DNA of 64,000 nucleotides. Origin: Podarcis melisellensis. Lineage: Eukaryota. The stretch lies in NCBI GenBank assembly GCA_964234715.1, contig OZ174285.1; one strand, written 5' to 3'. Positions 25,786 to 40,500 of the stretch are shown here, piece by piece. A model generated the notes under the pieces. The model worked only from the letters and a program-made list of their open reading frames with translations, did not search any database and had not been told where the DNA came from. Numbering within the stretch: the stretch's first letter is position 1; every line of letters begins with the position of its first letter. The translations under genes were made by a program, and so were the position numbers.

Positions 25786-28700
25786 GATTTAGACAACTGG
25801 ATTACTAGATACAGGATGAGTGACTAAAGATGCATAGTGGTTGGTTCAGCTGAACACCTGCATGGTCTGTGGTGAAATACAACAATGTCTGCCAGCAGAA
25901 CAGCCACCCTTGGCAGAAGAAACACTTCACTGAGGGCCCATAATCAGCCTAACCCACAGGGTACAAGGGGAGTACATAACTCTGTAAAAGCTTGCAGAAA
26001 ATCCAGGTATACGGTTTCTGCTCAGTCGCCACATCTACAGTTTTGTTGACACCTCCGGAGAATTCTGCATTGTCAGTGCAGTATGTCCCAAATGTGCTTT
26101 GGCGTTATGCAAAAGGTGCTGTGTGGCATGAATCAGATGAAGATAACAAATATAGTAAAAAAAACCCTGCATTACTTAACCTTCCATTCATGTTTCATTT
26201 TCAAAGACACAAGTTCTATATTAAATAAATTTCGAAGTGCCAGAATGTTGCAGTGCTGAATGATTTGTTTCAGTATTCAGTTAAATAAAATGGGGTGGGG
26301 TAGTTGTTTCAGGAAGGTTTGCTACAACTGCAAACAATGAGATAGACTTAAGTCTTAAGTCTTAAGATTTGCTGGGATTAAATGGAATGGCTTTTAAAAT
26401 TCTTTAAAATTGTATTGTTCCTGTCATTTCATGCAGTCAGAAAATTTGTTTGCTTTCTTTGTAAAGCTCTAAACATAGCTAAGTACCTAAAGAGGTTTCT
26501 GTACATCTAAGAGTGCTACCCACCTCCAAATTAGAAAACACAAAATAAACTGAATTTCAAAATGTTCCCTAGACCCAGGAATGCGGAAACTATGCAGAAA
26601 TACTAGCACTATTTTTCAGAAGCGAAACATGCTTTAAGCCATGAGAGGGTGCATTATAGAAGCAAGGAAATCCCAGCGTACCAACTTAACAGCCATCATA
26701 ATAGATTTGCCACTTGGTGGGAACTAAATATTTAAAAGTCTTGTTTATTACTGCCAGACTTACTTGAAATATTGCCAGCATTACTCACAGGCAATGCCAC
26801 TCACAATCTGCTTTGCATTGTGCCCTTTCAACAGAAACACACACACACATATATACAGTTGCTCAACTATAGCTCTCATCATGCTAGCTGTGGCTGATAG
26901 GACATGCAGTCCAACAGCACCTGCAAGACCACTGGTTTCCCACCCCTAATTTAAACAGAGTCTTATAGCCTCTTAGATATGAATAGATGTATTGTAGCAT
27001 AGGCCATCATGGACCAGAACCCACTTCTAATATATGAAGGCTCTGGTCCAGAAAAATATTGGTCTTTGTTTGGAAGACCATGTGACCTACTTTACAGAGG
27101 ACACACCTCTATTTTGGGGTCAGCTGCTCCAAGTTCAGTTTCAGGACAAAGAATCATAAAAAGGAGACCAGGCTTTGAAGTTCCCCATTCACAGTTAGCG
27201 TTTGGACAGCAGACTGAACAGGCACAACACACACCTCCTAGTTGCAGTGTTTCCTGCTACAGTGAGATGCCTTGTATTTATGTTTAAACTACATGCCTTC
27301 TAAAGCAATGCTTTCTGAATTTGCATCTATACAAATAAATCAGCATATGCAAATTTTATATTAGTCTGTGCCCTCTTTCTTCCTCCTTTTTGGTGATTTC
27401 TTTCATTCTGTCCTTCCTTTCTTCCTTTCTCTCCCCCTGCCTCTTTTTTTTTTGGAGGGACACATGTAAATGGTTACCTTAACCACAGGACATTTTTTTT
27501 AGATGTTTACTTTAAAAATTTCTTTAGAATTGCTAAAGTCATCCTCAACTACTAACCAATCTGGCAAAGTGATGGCCCAAGCAAATACAAACTACAAGTG
27601 AAATTTGGGGCGAGGGAGAGAGAGAATCTTCTACATGGTGCCCATTGTGATAGCCTACAATTCCAGGTAGCACTTCCTTTGTGGCTACAATTTGTAGGTG
27701 TTCTTTTCACTTGGGAAACTGGTAAAAGAAGTAAGATTGTTTGCTCATAGACAGAAATCCGGTGTTCTCACTTCTGTTTTCTGCAGACTATTCTCCTTTC
27801 TTCCTTCTAGCGACTCTGCAGGAGTCTTCCAAAATTACTGGTTTGGGAAAATTGCACATGCTGTCATTTCATCCTTAACAGTGCCACAACTGCTGCGTAA
27901 AAGCAGATAACGCATCAGTTGACTACATAAATTCAAAAGCTATCCCTCCAAAAGGTTTGGTCCAGATGAGCTTTAATATAGGTCACAAACAAATACTTTT
28001 CACATTGTAAGCTGTTTTGCGGTCAGCTGTACAGGTGAGAAAGCAAGTTGTCCAAGTTATTACCAGTCAGTGCAACAGTGCAAAGGATTATTTTCCTGGG
28101 CTCCTATGTGCATAATTCTGTAGGGGTTATTGTCAATTTTACTCCAAACCAAGACATTCTTTTGTATGAATTTCATAAGGGAAAAAGGACAAACTGTAAG
28201 AAAAAAGAGGCAAACTGGGCGAGAAATAAAGCTCTGACAGAAATCAATTCAAAGAATAAATGTTGCCAATGATATAAAAATATTATTGGGAGGCAATGCT
28301 ATCCAACCAAGTGTGCTTGTTAGCTCTTCCATTTGAAGATCCTTGACTTTTGTGCAATTCAGCAAACAAGTAATGCACTCATAAACATGATGAGTCCTTT
28401 AATACGAGCAATAAATCTGAGTTTAAGCCACATGGTTCTGGAAGCAGAAGCAGCTGCACAGACTGCAATTAAGCAAACTCGGTTGTATGCAAAACTCAGG
28501 CAGCAGAAATCAGAGACGGTGGGCAGGCCAGCGGGAGCATCAAACTACTGAACCAGCAAAAAACTTTAGTAGCCTCAGGAGACACTACCAATGTGTTTAA
28601 AAATCTGTTTTTAAATTTGCCATTCATCTCAAGAATATCACCTGTTGCTTCTGTAGTGATCATTTAAAGGAAGGCAAGAGATATGAGTCTTTGTCACCTA

Positions 28701-30616
28701 AAGCATGCAAGCACATCTCCATGTATTATTTATAATGTTTATTGGCATGGGGGTCTCTGAAGCATCTTGACAAGCATATTGCTTTCAACCCAATATGCAT
28801 AGCCATTGCCATAGCTCAATGTATTTTTGTCTATTTTTTAAAACAGAATAATGCATTCCTAATGTTATCTTTATTCATCTGTTTACAGATTTATATCCCA
28901 CTTTCACCATGTCGGTCTCAAAGCTGCTTACAGTGGTAAAATATACAATTCCAAAGAGTAGTTAATATAGTGTTCAACATACAATGGGAATTTAAGCGCA
29001 TAATATATGCAAAACCAAGTGACGAAGTCCACACGTGGAAACCTCTTAAGTTCATTTCCCAAGGCGGGGAGGTAAAAAGTGTTTCCAACTAGCAGTGATT
29101 GATATGTGTTAGGGTTTGAGGTTGACAGATGTAATGGACGTCAAAACCCCATACAGAAGATTTAAAAATGGACTTTTGGAAAATCACTAAAAATTGAAGT
29201 AATTTTATTTCTTCATTTAAAATGAATAGGATGTTAAGCATGAGAAGATGGAGTTTTTCTATTGCTATTTCAAATCCTTAGCAGGAAGGGTGCATCAACT
29301 TCTGTGATGCACAACAGTAACACTCAGTTAGAATTTTCCCACTCACACAGTATAAAACTAAATGTTTGCCTATTAATACACAATATTAATAGTCATTTAC
29401 TGAGGTCACTGGTAAATAGCTCCCATTGTTATAATTTTAAACTAGGAGGCTTCCTTTGCTGGAAGATTTATAGTTTTGAAAAAGGCTTTGAGAGCTTTTC
29501 TAAGGATTCTATTGTTTGCAAGTTGAAGATTTGCAACAGCCACTTGCCAGCCGCATCTTCCAGCCTTATTGTTCCTGTGATTTATTTGCAGTCACAAATC
29601 TTGCATTACATTTGCAAGCTTCTAGGATGTAGCTTCTCAGAACACAACTTATATATTCATAACCCCACTATTATAATCTAAGAAGATTAACCCAGAGGAG
29701 TGGGGAGGGAATGATTTGATTTAAAATGTGGAGCAATATGCAAAACTTAAATTCTTTAATTCACTAATTCTTTGAATGTCTATTTTTAAATCATTATCTT
29801 AGTTTCAAGGTACCCAAATACCAATGTGGCTCTAACGGTATGAACTATAGTGAAAACAATAATAATAAGACTCCTATATTTATATAGGAGGCTCTAAGCT
29901 ACTGAAGGTAATGGGGCCCTTTATATGTCCAGCTGTCCTTTGTCAACAACAAATTGTCACTGTTTTTTGTGTTGAATATATGCTATATGGTAATTTATGG
30001 ACCTAATAGGTATCTAAAGCCATTTGCACATAACAAAATATGTATTTTATCAAAGTAATTGTTGAACTGAAATAGGGGGGGAGAGAGTGGGGCCCTAAGC
30101 TATAGCTTGTTTAGCTTGTACGTAAATCCGGCACTGTTTATATACAGTATGTTCCAGACCATGAAAAGGCTAGCATCAAAATGCTGTGGCATAATGTGGA
30201 AGTGGATCTGTGGATCTTCAGCTTCTACATTTGTGGCTCCCCTGGTCATGCTATAAGAAGGGTTGACAGAGCAACAGGGAAGAGATACAGCTAGGCTACA
30301 CATTACCGCCACCACAGGGATACTGATCCCCATGGCAACTGTAGTATGTATCTCAGCTCAGAGACTGGCAGGGTCCTAACCATCCCACACAGGAGAACTC
30401 TTGCACTTGTCCTAGTATATTGCAGATTCCTCATCAACACAATAAATGGGGATTTAACACTTACCCCTGACCCTTATGACATCAGAATTTGAGGAATCTA
30501 TACTAGGGCAATGAAAGACCAGATAGAAAATGAGAAGAAATTCTTGGTTCTGCTTGCCAGCTTAGAAGTTTTACAGACCTGACACAAATTGACAAATGCA
30601 CTCTGTTCAGAGTTCA

Positions 30617-30820
<204 letters not shown>

Positions 30821-31675
30821 TTAAACACACTTTATATATTAATTATGTTGCTTCATGAAGTGGGGATTCTATTCCATTAGAAATATCTATTCTCTCCTTC
30901 AATCAGCACCACAGTTTCACCTCTCTAAAGTCCTTCTCAGGCATGACAAAGTTTTAAGAGTGAATGTATTGTACGGCTGTGCACACTAATTCTGCCCCTT
31001 CCACCTCCCATCTTGTTGGGTTCAGAGGCAAGGTCTGAAAGGGGCTTGAATGTGTGTTTGCTTAAGATCATAAGAATGTGAATAGCCTGTTGGATCCGGC
31101 ATTGTGAAAAACATTTTAGCAAAGTGTCTAATTATTCAATTAGGTAAGAAGCTAAAAAGTCCTAGAAGGAAAATATCATTTTTAACCAAACGTCTTTCAA
31201 TCACAACACCTGGAAACGGCATTTGTATTGCAAAAAAATAAAAAGAAAAGATAAGCATGAAGCCAAGAACAACAGCATTCAAGGATTTACTCTCTAATCC
31301 ATTCATTTTATTGGATTATCAATTTTCCTGATCCCTATACACAGAGTACTTGAGTTAATTAGTACCTGATCAAAGGCTGAATAATGCAATCATTTTATTC
31401 AAACCAACAACAAAGCTCTTCTTCTAAACCAAAAGCTATACTAAATAGGTACAACAGACAAGTTTGAACAAAAGATACGATGACCGAGATGCAAATTTGT
31501 TAGTATCACTCATTTTGAGAATCTCATTCAGTGGAAATGAAGTTGGTATGTACAGTAACAAGTACCAGGATCTATAAGCAGCTAGGGAGAAATGCAATCA
31601 GATAGCTCCTTTGCGCTCAAGTACAGGGGTAACCAACATGGTGCCCTTTGGATCATCTTGTTGAACCATCAGCCA

Positions 31676-32030
31676 CAATAATAATAATAATCCATAATAA
31701 TAATAATAATAATAATAATTTATTTGTACCCCGCCCACCTGGCTGGGTTTCCCCAGCCACTCTGGGCAGCTTCCACAGAGACCAAACATGCACTAAAATG
31801 TCACACATTAAAAACTTCCCTGAACAGGGCTGCCTTAAGATGTCTTCTGAATGTCAGGTAGTTGTTTATCTCTTTGACATCTGATGGGAGGGCGTTCCAC
31901 AGGGCGGGCGCCACTACTGAGAAGGCCCTCTGCCTGGTTCCCTGTAGCTTTGCTTCTCGCAATGAGGGAACCACCAGAAGCCCCTCGGCGCTGGACCTCA
32001 GCGTCCAGGCAGAACGATGGGGGTGGCGAC
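31676..32030 (-). mobile_element. Short L2-family 3' fragment with a (TAA)n tail
   Basis: Same family as 21900-22223; interrupted (AAT)n tract at 31676-31719. Confidence 0.8.
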
Positions 32031-32426
32031 CAATAGGCCAATGCAGCTATAGTCCAACAACATCAAGAGGACAACATACTGGCTGCCCCTGCTCAAGTAC
32101 GCATTTGAAGAGCTATATGAGCTTTGGCATTTAACCCATGTCTGGTTGCTTGTGGCAGGCAACCAAGCACCCCAATTCCTCAGCAGCAGAGTTGTCATCG
32201 GGCCATACAGTGCTGCCCTGTGAGGAACTGCTATGTGAGCTGCCTGTCTGGTACTCTGTCAGACACAAGAGATGATCATGACAAACAAGGATCACTAGCA
32301 GCAACCACAGTATACGGATGGTGAGGAGGGAAAAAGCAGAGTGAAGCAAAGACTGGAAAACCTTTCTTCACAAAGTCATAGCCACATCCAAGCTACTTAG
32401 TAGATGTTCAAACTCCCTTGGTAAGG

Positions 32427-32919
32427 TGATGGAATGCTATGATTCTACACATGACTGTGGCCTGATGGGAAGTCTTGCACATGACTGTGGCCTGATGGGA
32501 AGTCTTGCTCCTAAGCTTCGCTTCTGTACATAATGCTGCACAAACCATTCTAATACTAAGACATTCACTCACCACCTTAGAATGTTCAGTTCATATTGAG
32601 TTCAGGAAAACATTGTACCTGACCCGTTCTTAATGCATAGTTGATCACATCTACGGATGAATGCTATATCAATCACTAGTAAAAGTTTAATAAGGAGGTT
32701 TTCACGCCTGTCCAATTCTGTGTTCCCTTTCCCACCCTTTAATCTATTGGTGATTAATGCTTATATGCAACCCTTGTATTGTATTTGTGTTAACCAATCA
32801 GCAACAAGCACATACGTGGCAATGCTGTAATATTCAATAAAAGGGACTCCCCGAGACATGCTCGAGAGGTGCCTCCCAGATGACGCTCGCTACCTGTCTG
32901 TCGTTATTTCAACCCAACA
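32427..32919 (+). mobile_element. Solo LTR with a 6-bp TSD
   Basis: TG...CA termini, TSD GTAAGG (32421-32426, 32920-32925), AATAAA at about 32836, 30-bp internal tandem repeat at about 32448-32508. Confidence 0.78.
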
Positions 32920-35805
32920 GTAAGGTACCGTATGTACATCTTTCTTAACTTAGGAAGTTCTCCACAGCAGCAGTTTTTAAAAAGTATTTCTAAAATGAGC
33001 AGCCTTATACCTGGTGTTGCTCTGAAATTATAAGAAACAAACAAAGAAAACTGTGCAATTTTGAAATCGGTAGTTAAAATCAGTGCAGTTTTAAAAGGTT
33101 CAGTCTACCACCTTGGTTCAAAATGGTACATGATTAAAAACTGCTCCTTGATCTCAGGCATCACCACGCAAAATGGTGTCCAAATGCGTAGCAAAAAGGC
33201 AATCAAGAAACTTTCCCAAACACACAATAGACTAGCTGAAACAGTACACAGTGTTGGCCAGCAATTCTAAGGAACCAGAAATAAATTTTTAAAAATTGAG
33301 ATTTAGAAATAAACACTACACTCTGTTAGTTTTATGGCTGTGCACAGTCCAACCACCAGATCCAGGGATCCAGCCTGACCCAAGGAACTCCTGACCCACA
33401 ATCCAGCCCCAAACCACCACAGCAACCCTCATGTCAAATTGGGTGGAAATATCTCAAAAAGCATTCAAATTCCCAGAGAACAAACAACTTTCCAGAATAT
33501 ATGGTAGATACATGTAGGTATGTATACATCTACATCAGCTCTCAATAGACTCCATCTAGGATTATTAAGCAGATCCATACTTGATTAGCTTCTGTAATGC
33601 TACAGCATCTTGTGTTCTAAGACCACTCACTGGACCCCTCCTCAGAACATTTGAGAACCTTAGCTCTAAAGCAAAAATCACCAATATTGAGCCACAGGGA
33701 GAGAGTGAAAGTAAGAAATGTTTTCTTCTTTGGATAGCTATTATTAAATTTCCTCTCTCTCTTTTGTTAGAAAGTGTTCAGAGATAAAAGTTTTTAATCT
33801 GCTTTATGGAAACTGTTATTCAGAGTCACCTTTACGTCCATTACAATATGAAGTCATTTCTTTTGCATTTACATTTACATTACTTCAGCTTAGGATTAAA
33901 ATACAGCATGCTTCCAAGCAAATATAATTAAAGGGTGAGCTGAAATATGTTTTCCCAGAGGTTCATAAGCACACAGGCAATTTCAGTTATAGATCACCAT
34001 TTCAAGTAATGCCAATAGATGACCCCTAACATCTGCTCCTCACCAATTTCCCGTGAGATACATGTTTACAAATGGGAGCAGTAGAGGCAGACGGGTTAAT
34101 TGCATTTCTTGAATAATCTCACTGAGTCAGTTGAGTGAGACTATTCCTAAGTGAATAATTCCATAAAACCAAGCCATTGGTTCTCTTCCATTTCTATGGT
34201 CACCAGGTCATTGACTAAATCCTACTTTCAGAGCTTGTTTTGAACTTTCAAAGCTTGCTTTGAAAAAACAACACCACGATTTTGCACAAGAGAAAACTTT
34301 TACAAACTTAGAGTCTCTTTGTAAAACCCCTTCTATACATTTCCTTTGGTTCCCCTAGATCAGGAATAAAGGAACCTTTAGCCCTTCAGATGTTACTGAA
34401 CTCCATCAGTCTCAACCAACACAGCTTATGGACAGAGATTTTTTATCCAGCAAAATCTGGTGGGCCTCATGTTCCTCATTTCGCCTCGCATATTATAGTA
34501 AACAGCCCAACCTTGAAATGCTGCTTAGTGAATTTAATGCCAAAGAAAACAAAATATTTTTGTCCCATGGCAGTGAATGGGTAGGAGCTTTTCACAGATG
34601 TAAAGGCGGGACGATTGAGATTTGCTTGGCATGGTAAACCTGTTCACTTGGGGGGGGGATATACCGTTTTTACTCCCAGCATAAATGAAAAGATGTTCCT
34701 CATGTCACATAGGACCTATGTTCAGCTCATTTTTGTATTGTCTTCTTCACCGACTTGCAGTCAATTTAATGTTGCTAACTTAAAAAGGAAATGGCTGTGT
34801 GTTTGTTCTAAAGTGTCATCCCTCATGAGGCAGCTTGGAAAAAATACGGATTTTTTTTCCTAATGCGTCATTCCTCGGGAGACTGCTCTGAAAGTATATG
34901 AGGTATATACAGTTTCTTCCCACAACAAAGTGCCTCATCTCATAGATTTGCATCTACAAATCAATAATAGAGAAATAATTCCTTTATTTCCCATGTTGGA
35001 GTTGAGCTGTACAATTTTAAAGGAACGCTTCCAATTCAGAAAATACATTTTTAAATCATCCAGCTAGGGCTGGGAACCCTTGTCCAAAACCCTGGAGAGA
35101 TGCTGTCAGTAATGTAGATGACAGTGAGCGAGAAGAACCAAGAGACTGACTCCGCAGAAGGCAGTTTCCTACATTCCTATAAAATGAAAGAGGGATTGGC
35201 GAAGAGGGAGAGGCATGAAAGTAAAGAGAGCCTTCCTCATTAAACAAAGAAGGGAAGTAGAACTCTTAAGAGTTCTAATTCAAATCCAGTCAGAATGAAG
35301 CTCTTCATTATAACGCAGTGTGCACAAAACCCAGTCCACTTAAAACGGATGATATAGTTAGCTCAGCAGCAAAAAGTATCTTTAGTTGAGCTTCTTCATC
35401 ATCTGAACATATGCAGATAAAGTGCATATCAATCTACTCAGAAGAAAGTCCCATTGAATTTAATGGAGCTAATTCCCAGGTTAAATAGGAATCGCAGCTT
35501 CAGACACTATTGTTTATTAAAATGTCAGAATGACACCTTTCCGGCAAACGCTTTAGGCATAATGCAGATGCATGCATGAGCACAATTAGGCTTTCAGCTT
35601 GTTCACCAAACAACAGATCCATATGCCCTACAACAAATTTTGAAACTCTCCCAAGCTGCTGCATGGTGAGGGGTGCTGTTGTTCAACAGAAGACGAGGAA
35701 GGATGAAATGTCTGCATTGCATTCCTATGTCCTTTGAATCTTGACTAGGCGCTCTGGATCACACTTTCTGCAGTCTATTTTAGTATGGTTGCAATGTTAA
35801 GAAAC

Positions 35806-36150
35806 ACGGGTGGCGCTGCGGGTTAAACCACAGAGTCTAGGACTTGACGATCAGAAGGTCGGCGGTTTGAATCCCCGTGACGGGGTGAGCTCCCATTGCT
35901 TGGTCCTTGCTCCTGCCAACCTAGCAGTTCGAAAGCATGTCAAAGTGCAAGTAGATAAATAGGTATCGCTCCAGTGGGAAGGTAAACGGCATTTCTGTGC
36001 GCTGCTCTGGTTCGCCAGAAGCGGCTTAGTCCTGCTGGCCACATGACCCGGAAGCTGTACGCCAGCTCCCTCGGCCAATAAAGCGAGATGAGCGCGCAAC
36101 CCCAGAGTCATCCACAACTGGACCTAATGGTTAGGGGTCCCTTTACCTTT
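35806..36150 (+). mobile_element. Sauria SINE
   Basis: Full body, ACCTTT tail, 13-bp TSD AATGTTAAGAAAC. Confidence 0.92.
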
Positions 36151-36197
36151 AATGTTAAGAAACTCAGTTCTGTGTTAAAATGAAAAAAAGGGCCAAA

Positions 36198-36232
<35 letters not shown>
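36198..36232. repeat. (GCTT)n/(ACTT)n microsatellite
   Basis: Tandem tetramers. Confidence 0.8.
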
Positions 36233-36821
36233 TTGCATAGCTGGTTGTACAATGGACAGTAGAAAAGAAAATGTTCGGGAAACCCGTTAAGGACCAACAG
36301 TTCCCCACAGTACAAAGTAACAGCTTTGCTCTGGCTTTGATGTATTAAATTGTGAATATGATTAAGGGGCCCAAGGAGAATGATTGGAGTTTCAGTTGAT
36401 ATAATGAAGGATAGAGAGGAAGGGGAAACTCAAACTATGTCCCAGTCAACTTTTAATGAGAAGAGCCTGCAGGTGAAATCGGGGGGGGGGGGGGGGACCC
36501 TCAAGGGAACTGTCAATGGGATAAGGACTCTGTGGCAGAAGAGTGGGCAGAAGAATGAGACACAAGAGGAATGGAATGTTGGGCTGAGTTACAGTGAGTG
36601 ACAGGTAAACAATGGTTGGCCTAAAAGGCATTGTCCCATTAGGGGCTTTGAAAAAGACAGTGGCTGCAAGAGACAGAGGAAATGCAATGAGAAAGTTAAA
36701 GAAAGCATATGTAAAGGAGTTAGCATGGTTGTGAAGAAGAAGACTTAGGTATGAGCATTCTGTATACACTGACTACTTGTTATGGATGTTACGTTCCTTA
36801 ATTAGATGTTTATGTTTTAAC

Positions 36822-37305
36822 TAGATGCAGCCTTGATAGTGCACTTTGAGGAAGCTCTGTAGAGCCTCATCAACCATTTTGTCCAAAGCTGAATGGAGTT
36901 TGGCCTCCCCATCAGCCTGATGAAGACCAACATTTTTGGTCAGGCCATCACCAGCATCAGCATTGCTGACCACATACTTGAGGTGGTAGACAATTTTGTC
37001 TGCCTGGGCTCCACCATAACCAGCAACCTTTCTACTGACACTGAGCTGGGTAGTATTAGTAAGGCAGCTAAGGAAATGGCTTGCCTCTTGAAAAGAGTAC
37101 ACAATAATGTGATGCTAATGACCAATACCAAGATGAAGGTCTACCAGGTGTGTGTGTTGAGCACACTGCTTTATGGAAGTGAGTCATGGACAACATAAAC
37201 CCGCCAGGAGCAAATATGTGTCAGGAAGATTTGGGGCATCACGTGGCAGGACAGTCTCAAACAAATATGTGCTCTTCCTAGCCCACATGTTCACATGTCT
37301 GTCCC
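36822..37305 (+). mobile_element. Degenerate RTE-clade LINE fragment (distinct from the BovB copy)
   Basis: FGL.IS..KT, LEVVDNF..LGSTI, TKMKVY..CVLSTLLYGSESWT. Confidence 0.8.
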
Positions 37306-37320
37306 AGTCTACATTGACAT

Positions 37321-37505
37321 GGGAAAGGGCCATAGCTTAGTGATAGAGCATCTGTCTTGCATGCAGAAGATCCCAGGTTCAATTCTCAGCATCTCCAAGT
37401 AGGGCTGGGAAAGCCTAAAACCCTGGAGAGCTACTTCCAGTCTGTGTAGACAATACTGAGCTAGATGGACCAATAGGATAAGCCAGCTTCCTGTGTTCCT
37501 ATGAT
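37321..37505 (+). mobile_element. tRNA-derived squamate SINE
   Basis: A-box-like tagcttagtgatagagc, B-box GGTTCAATTC, then a non-tRNA body. Partial relatives near 35060-35180 and 39310-39435 (minus). Confidence 0.75.
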
Positions 37506-40500
37506 CCTCCTATTGTTCCAGGTACTGTGTTGTGTCAGAAGTGGAAGAAAAATCACAAAAAGTATCGATCTGCTATGATATTTCACTTTATACAATGGAA
37601 GAAGAATGATATGTGCAATATGAATTGAAAGGGCATGCAATGCAATATCCCTGTCTCCCATTTTGCCATCATATGTAGTTTTTCCACTTTGCTAATACAA
37701 GATGCTGAAGAACAGTCATGGCTTCCCAAAGAATTTTGGGGACTGAAATGTGGTGAAGGGCTGAGTCTTCTAGTCCTCTGCCCAGAACTATGGTTGATAT
37801 AACCTCAGTCTCCAAACTTTTTCCTTTCTGTGTCAGTTGTAAGAGAGTTGCTTACAGCCTGGCAAAATAGGGATGGGCAAATCCAGTCCGTTTCTATTGA
37901 ATGACAGTTTTGCATCAGTTAATACATAAGTTCACGATGTGTGTTCACGCTTAAAAAATCAAATCCATCAATCACATTCAAGTCCTCAAAATCGGTGGTG
38001 AAATAGTATTCTTTAATGATTCTATTAGACCATTCATCAGCTAGAAAACACAGTCCCAAACAGAATTCATGTGGTTAAAATCCTCTTTAAATTAATTGCA
38101 TTCATATAAAAAGGAGAGTCTGTTGACCTCGAAAGTACCAGATTATATTTCTTCCCATCTGTAACATTTAATCCAAATTACATAAACTAAATGTGGGCGC
38201 TATTTTAAGATCTAGCAGTGAAAACCAAAGTCAGTTTGGGTTCCAATTCAATGCACATTTACTTGGGAGTAAGTCCCACTGAACTCAGTGGGATTTACTT
38301 CTGAATAGATCCACAAAAGAATGCTGCTCAAGAGAATGACCACTGAAAAGCATTTTTATCCAGGTAAGAAAAGGGAAATAATATCAAAATCTTCTTCAAA
38401 GTCCACATAAGTTATCAGCACAAGACACAGACATCTTGATATGTCAGCCAGGCAGCATAAACCTGGAGTAGTCATTTGTGACAGCTTGAAAGAAGACGAT
38501 TGCATTATTTCATTGTACAAGAGTTACCTTTCCTGGCCATCTGTAGGCTATGAATCTTACTCCACAGATGAGCAGATATGTGGCCGTTTTGAACTACTAT
38601 CATGACTATATCCTCTGGCTATCATAAGCTATTAACTAATTGGTTTGATTCGTCAAGACATGACAGAGGCAAGAGAAACATGCTAGTATATGACATGCCA
38701 TCTGAATTCCTACTAAAACACCTTTAACTGCTACAATATCTTAGGTGTACTGAGTTGCACTGAGACATTTAGGAATTCCTAAATTATGAATACAGTATTT
38801 TCAGTCGGTGAGAGCTTTGTAGTAGACAAAGTTTCCTATGTGGAGATAGCCTCTGTGTAACGGGGAAGGGTTGGGGTTTTTTTACAAATCTGAAAGTCAA
38901 TCAGAAAACATTTGAAACTTGTTCAGAAATCACCCTCATGCTCCCATTCTGCTTTACAAAATACATTCCTTTTTTCTAGCATGAAAAATATTAAGACTAG
39001 ACCTTAGTAAAAGCATTCAAAAGAAATTATATAATGAAGATGGTAGAACAATATTCTGAAGACCACGTCATGTGACATCTATTATTTTTAAAACTGCTTC
39101 CTTAAGAAAAACACCAGTACTAATGGAATTGAACTATTTTTTCCAAAATTGAACGTTAAAAAAAAATTCATTTGGAAATTTACAAACACTCAAAAATGTT
39201 ATTTTCTAGGTACCTCTTTGGAACTGATGGGGCATGACAGCTGTTGTACACATAAACCACATCTAGGAACATATTGACAGCTGTTTTCCAGTGGTCCATC
39301 TATCTCTGCCTAAACTGACTGACAATGGCTCTCCAGAGTTTAAGATGGGGGACTTTCCCAGTTGTACCTGAATATGCCAGGGATCGAACCGGAAATCTTC
39401 TGCATGAAAAGCAAATGCTCTATCACAGGGGCCTTTCCCTGCTTCAAATCACTATATCCTTAAACTATGCCTGTTCACTGCACCCAAAATATTTTTCACA
39501 CAAAATTGTAAAACCTTCTAGAATAAACTTCTGTTCTGCATTTTCTTTACCGATGGTGAACCATTAAAAGTGTACCAGAAAAAAATAATTAACTATGCCC
39601 ACTTGAGATCTGTAGAGCTTATAATGCTCTATTCTTGGAAGAACTACTTAGGAAAGGAGCCATGAAGACTTATGTAATAAAATATTCCACACACAACTTT
39701 ACACAAGCCAGTAGAAAAAGCTGAAGTGTCCTAAACATCTAAGGAATTTTGAAGGGACAAGATTTGAGAAGCCAATGCTACGTAGCTTTAACTCCAGATG
39801 ATAATTGCCAGAACTGTTTATATTTTCTGCTCACAAGAGTTGAGGCAATATTGATGAAATAATAACTTTTTCTTTCTGTCTTTCAGGTCCTAACTCAGTA
39901 TCATGTTGGCTATAAAACATCTGTAAGATCAAGTATTTGAGCTTAAGATAAAACTTTTAACCTTTTCCATAGTCCATTTTGCACTGGGTGAAAATGACAG
40001 CTAAGGAAGCGGAGCTGGGATGAAAGGCCTCCCAAATCGCTCACCTGTAACAACAATGCAGCGGGGAAAACTGATTTGTTTCCTGACTTATCGGGAATAT
40101 TTGATGCTATGGAGTAATAGAGCGACAGAGAGGGGGCTGGGGACTTTCGTTCCATTGCTTTTCACTGCCACCAATCGGTATACAGTAGGTATACAATTGG
40201 TGCCACCCCAGAGTTCGGCGGCCATGTGCCCCACACCCCTTGCACCCCCAGGTAAAGATGGCGCTGGGTACGCAACCAATGTATCAGAGGCGTTGCAGGG
40301 TCTTGAAGCAAAGTATACACATGGATACACAGTGAACCCATTCAAACCCTCAGGAACTAATGCCTACAACCATCTTACCAGAATAAGTCAAGCAAACCAC
40401 ATTTTCTGAAATATAGAAATTCACCCAAAATAGCCAAATAAATGGATTCATTTAGTTCTAAAGATAATAAAGATGCTGTACACAGGTAAAGGGGAGAAGA

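Noticed and set aside
32448-32508. 30-bp direct repeats suggestive of a CRISPR-like array (also 59123-59210 and 10060-10190)
   Set aside because: Vertebrate DNA; the repeats are tandem, lack unique spacers and lie inside TEs.
36340-36800. Purine-rich segment resembling an LTR
   Set aside because: No termini or TSD identified.
37327-37400. tRNA-like sequence
   Set aside because: Acceptor stem not intact, and it continues into a SINE body; it is a SINE head rather than a tRNA gene.
38520-38545. ATGGCCAGGAAAG|GTAAC on the minus strand as a mini first exon
   Set aside because: It is phase 1, incompatible with the phase-0 acceptor at 30730.
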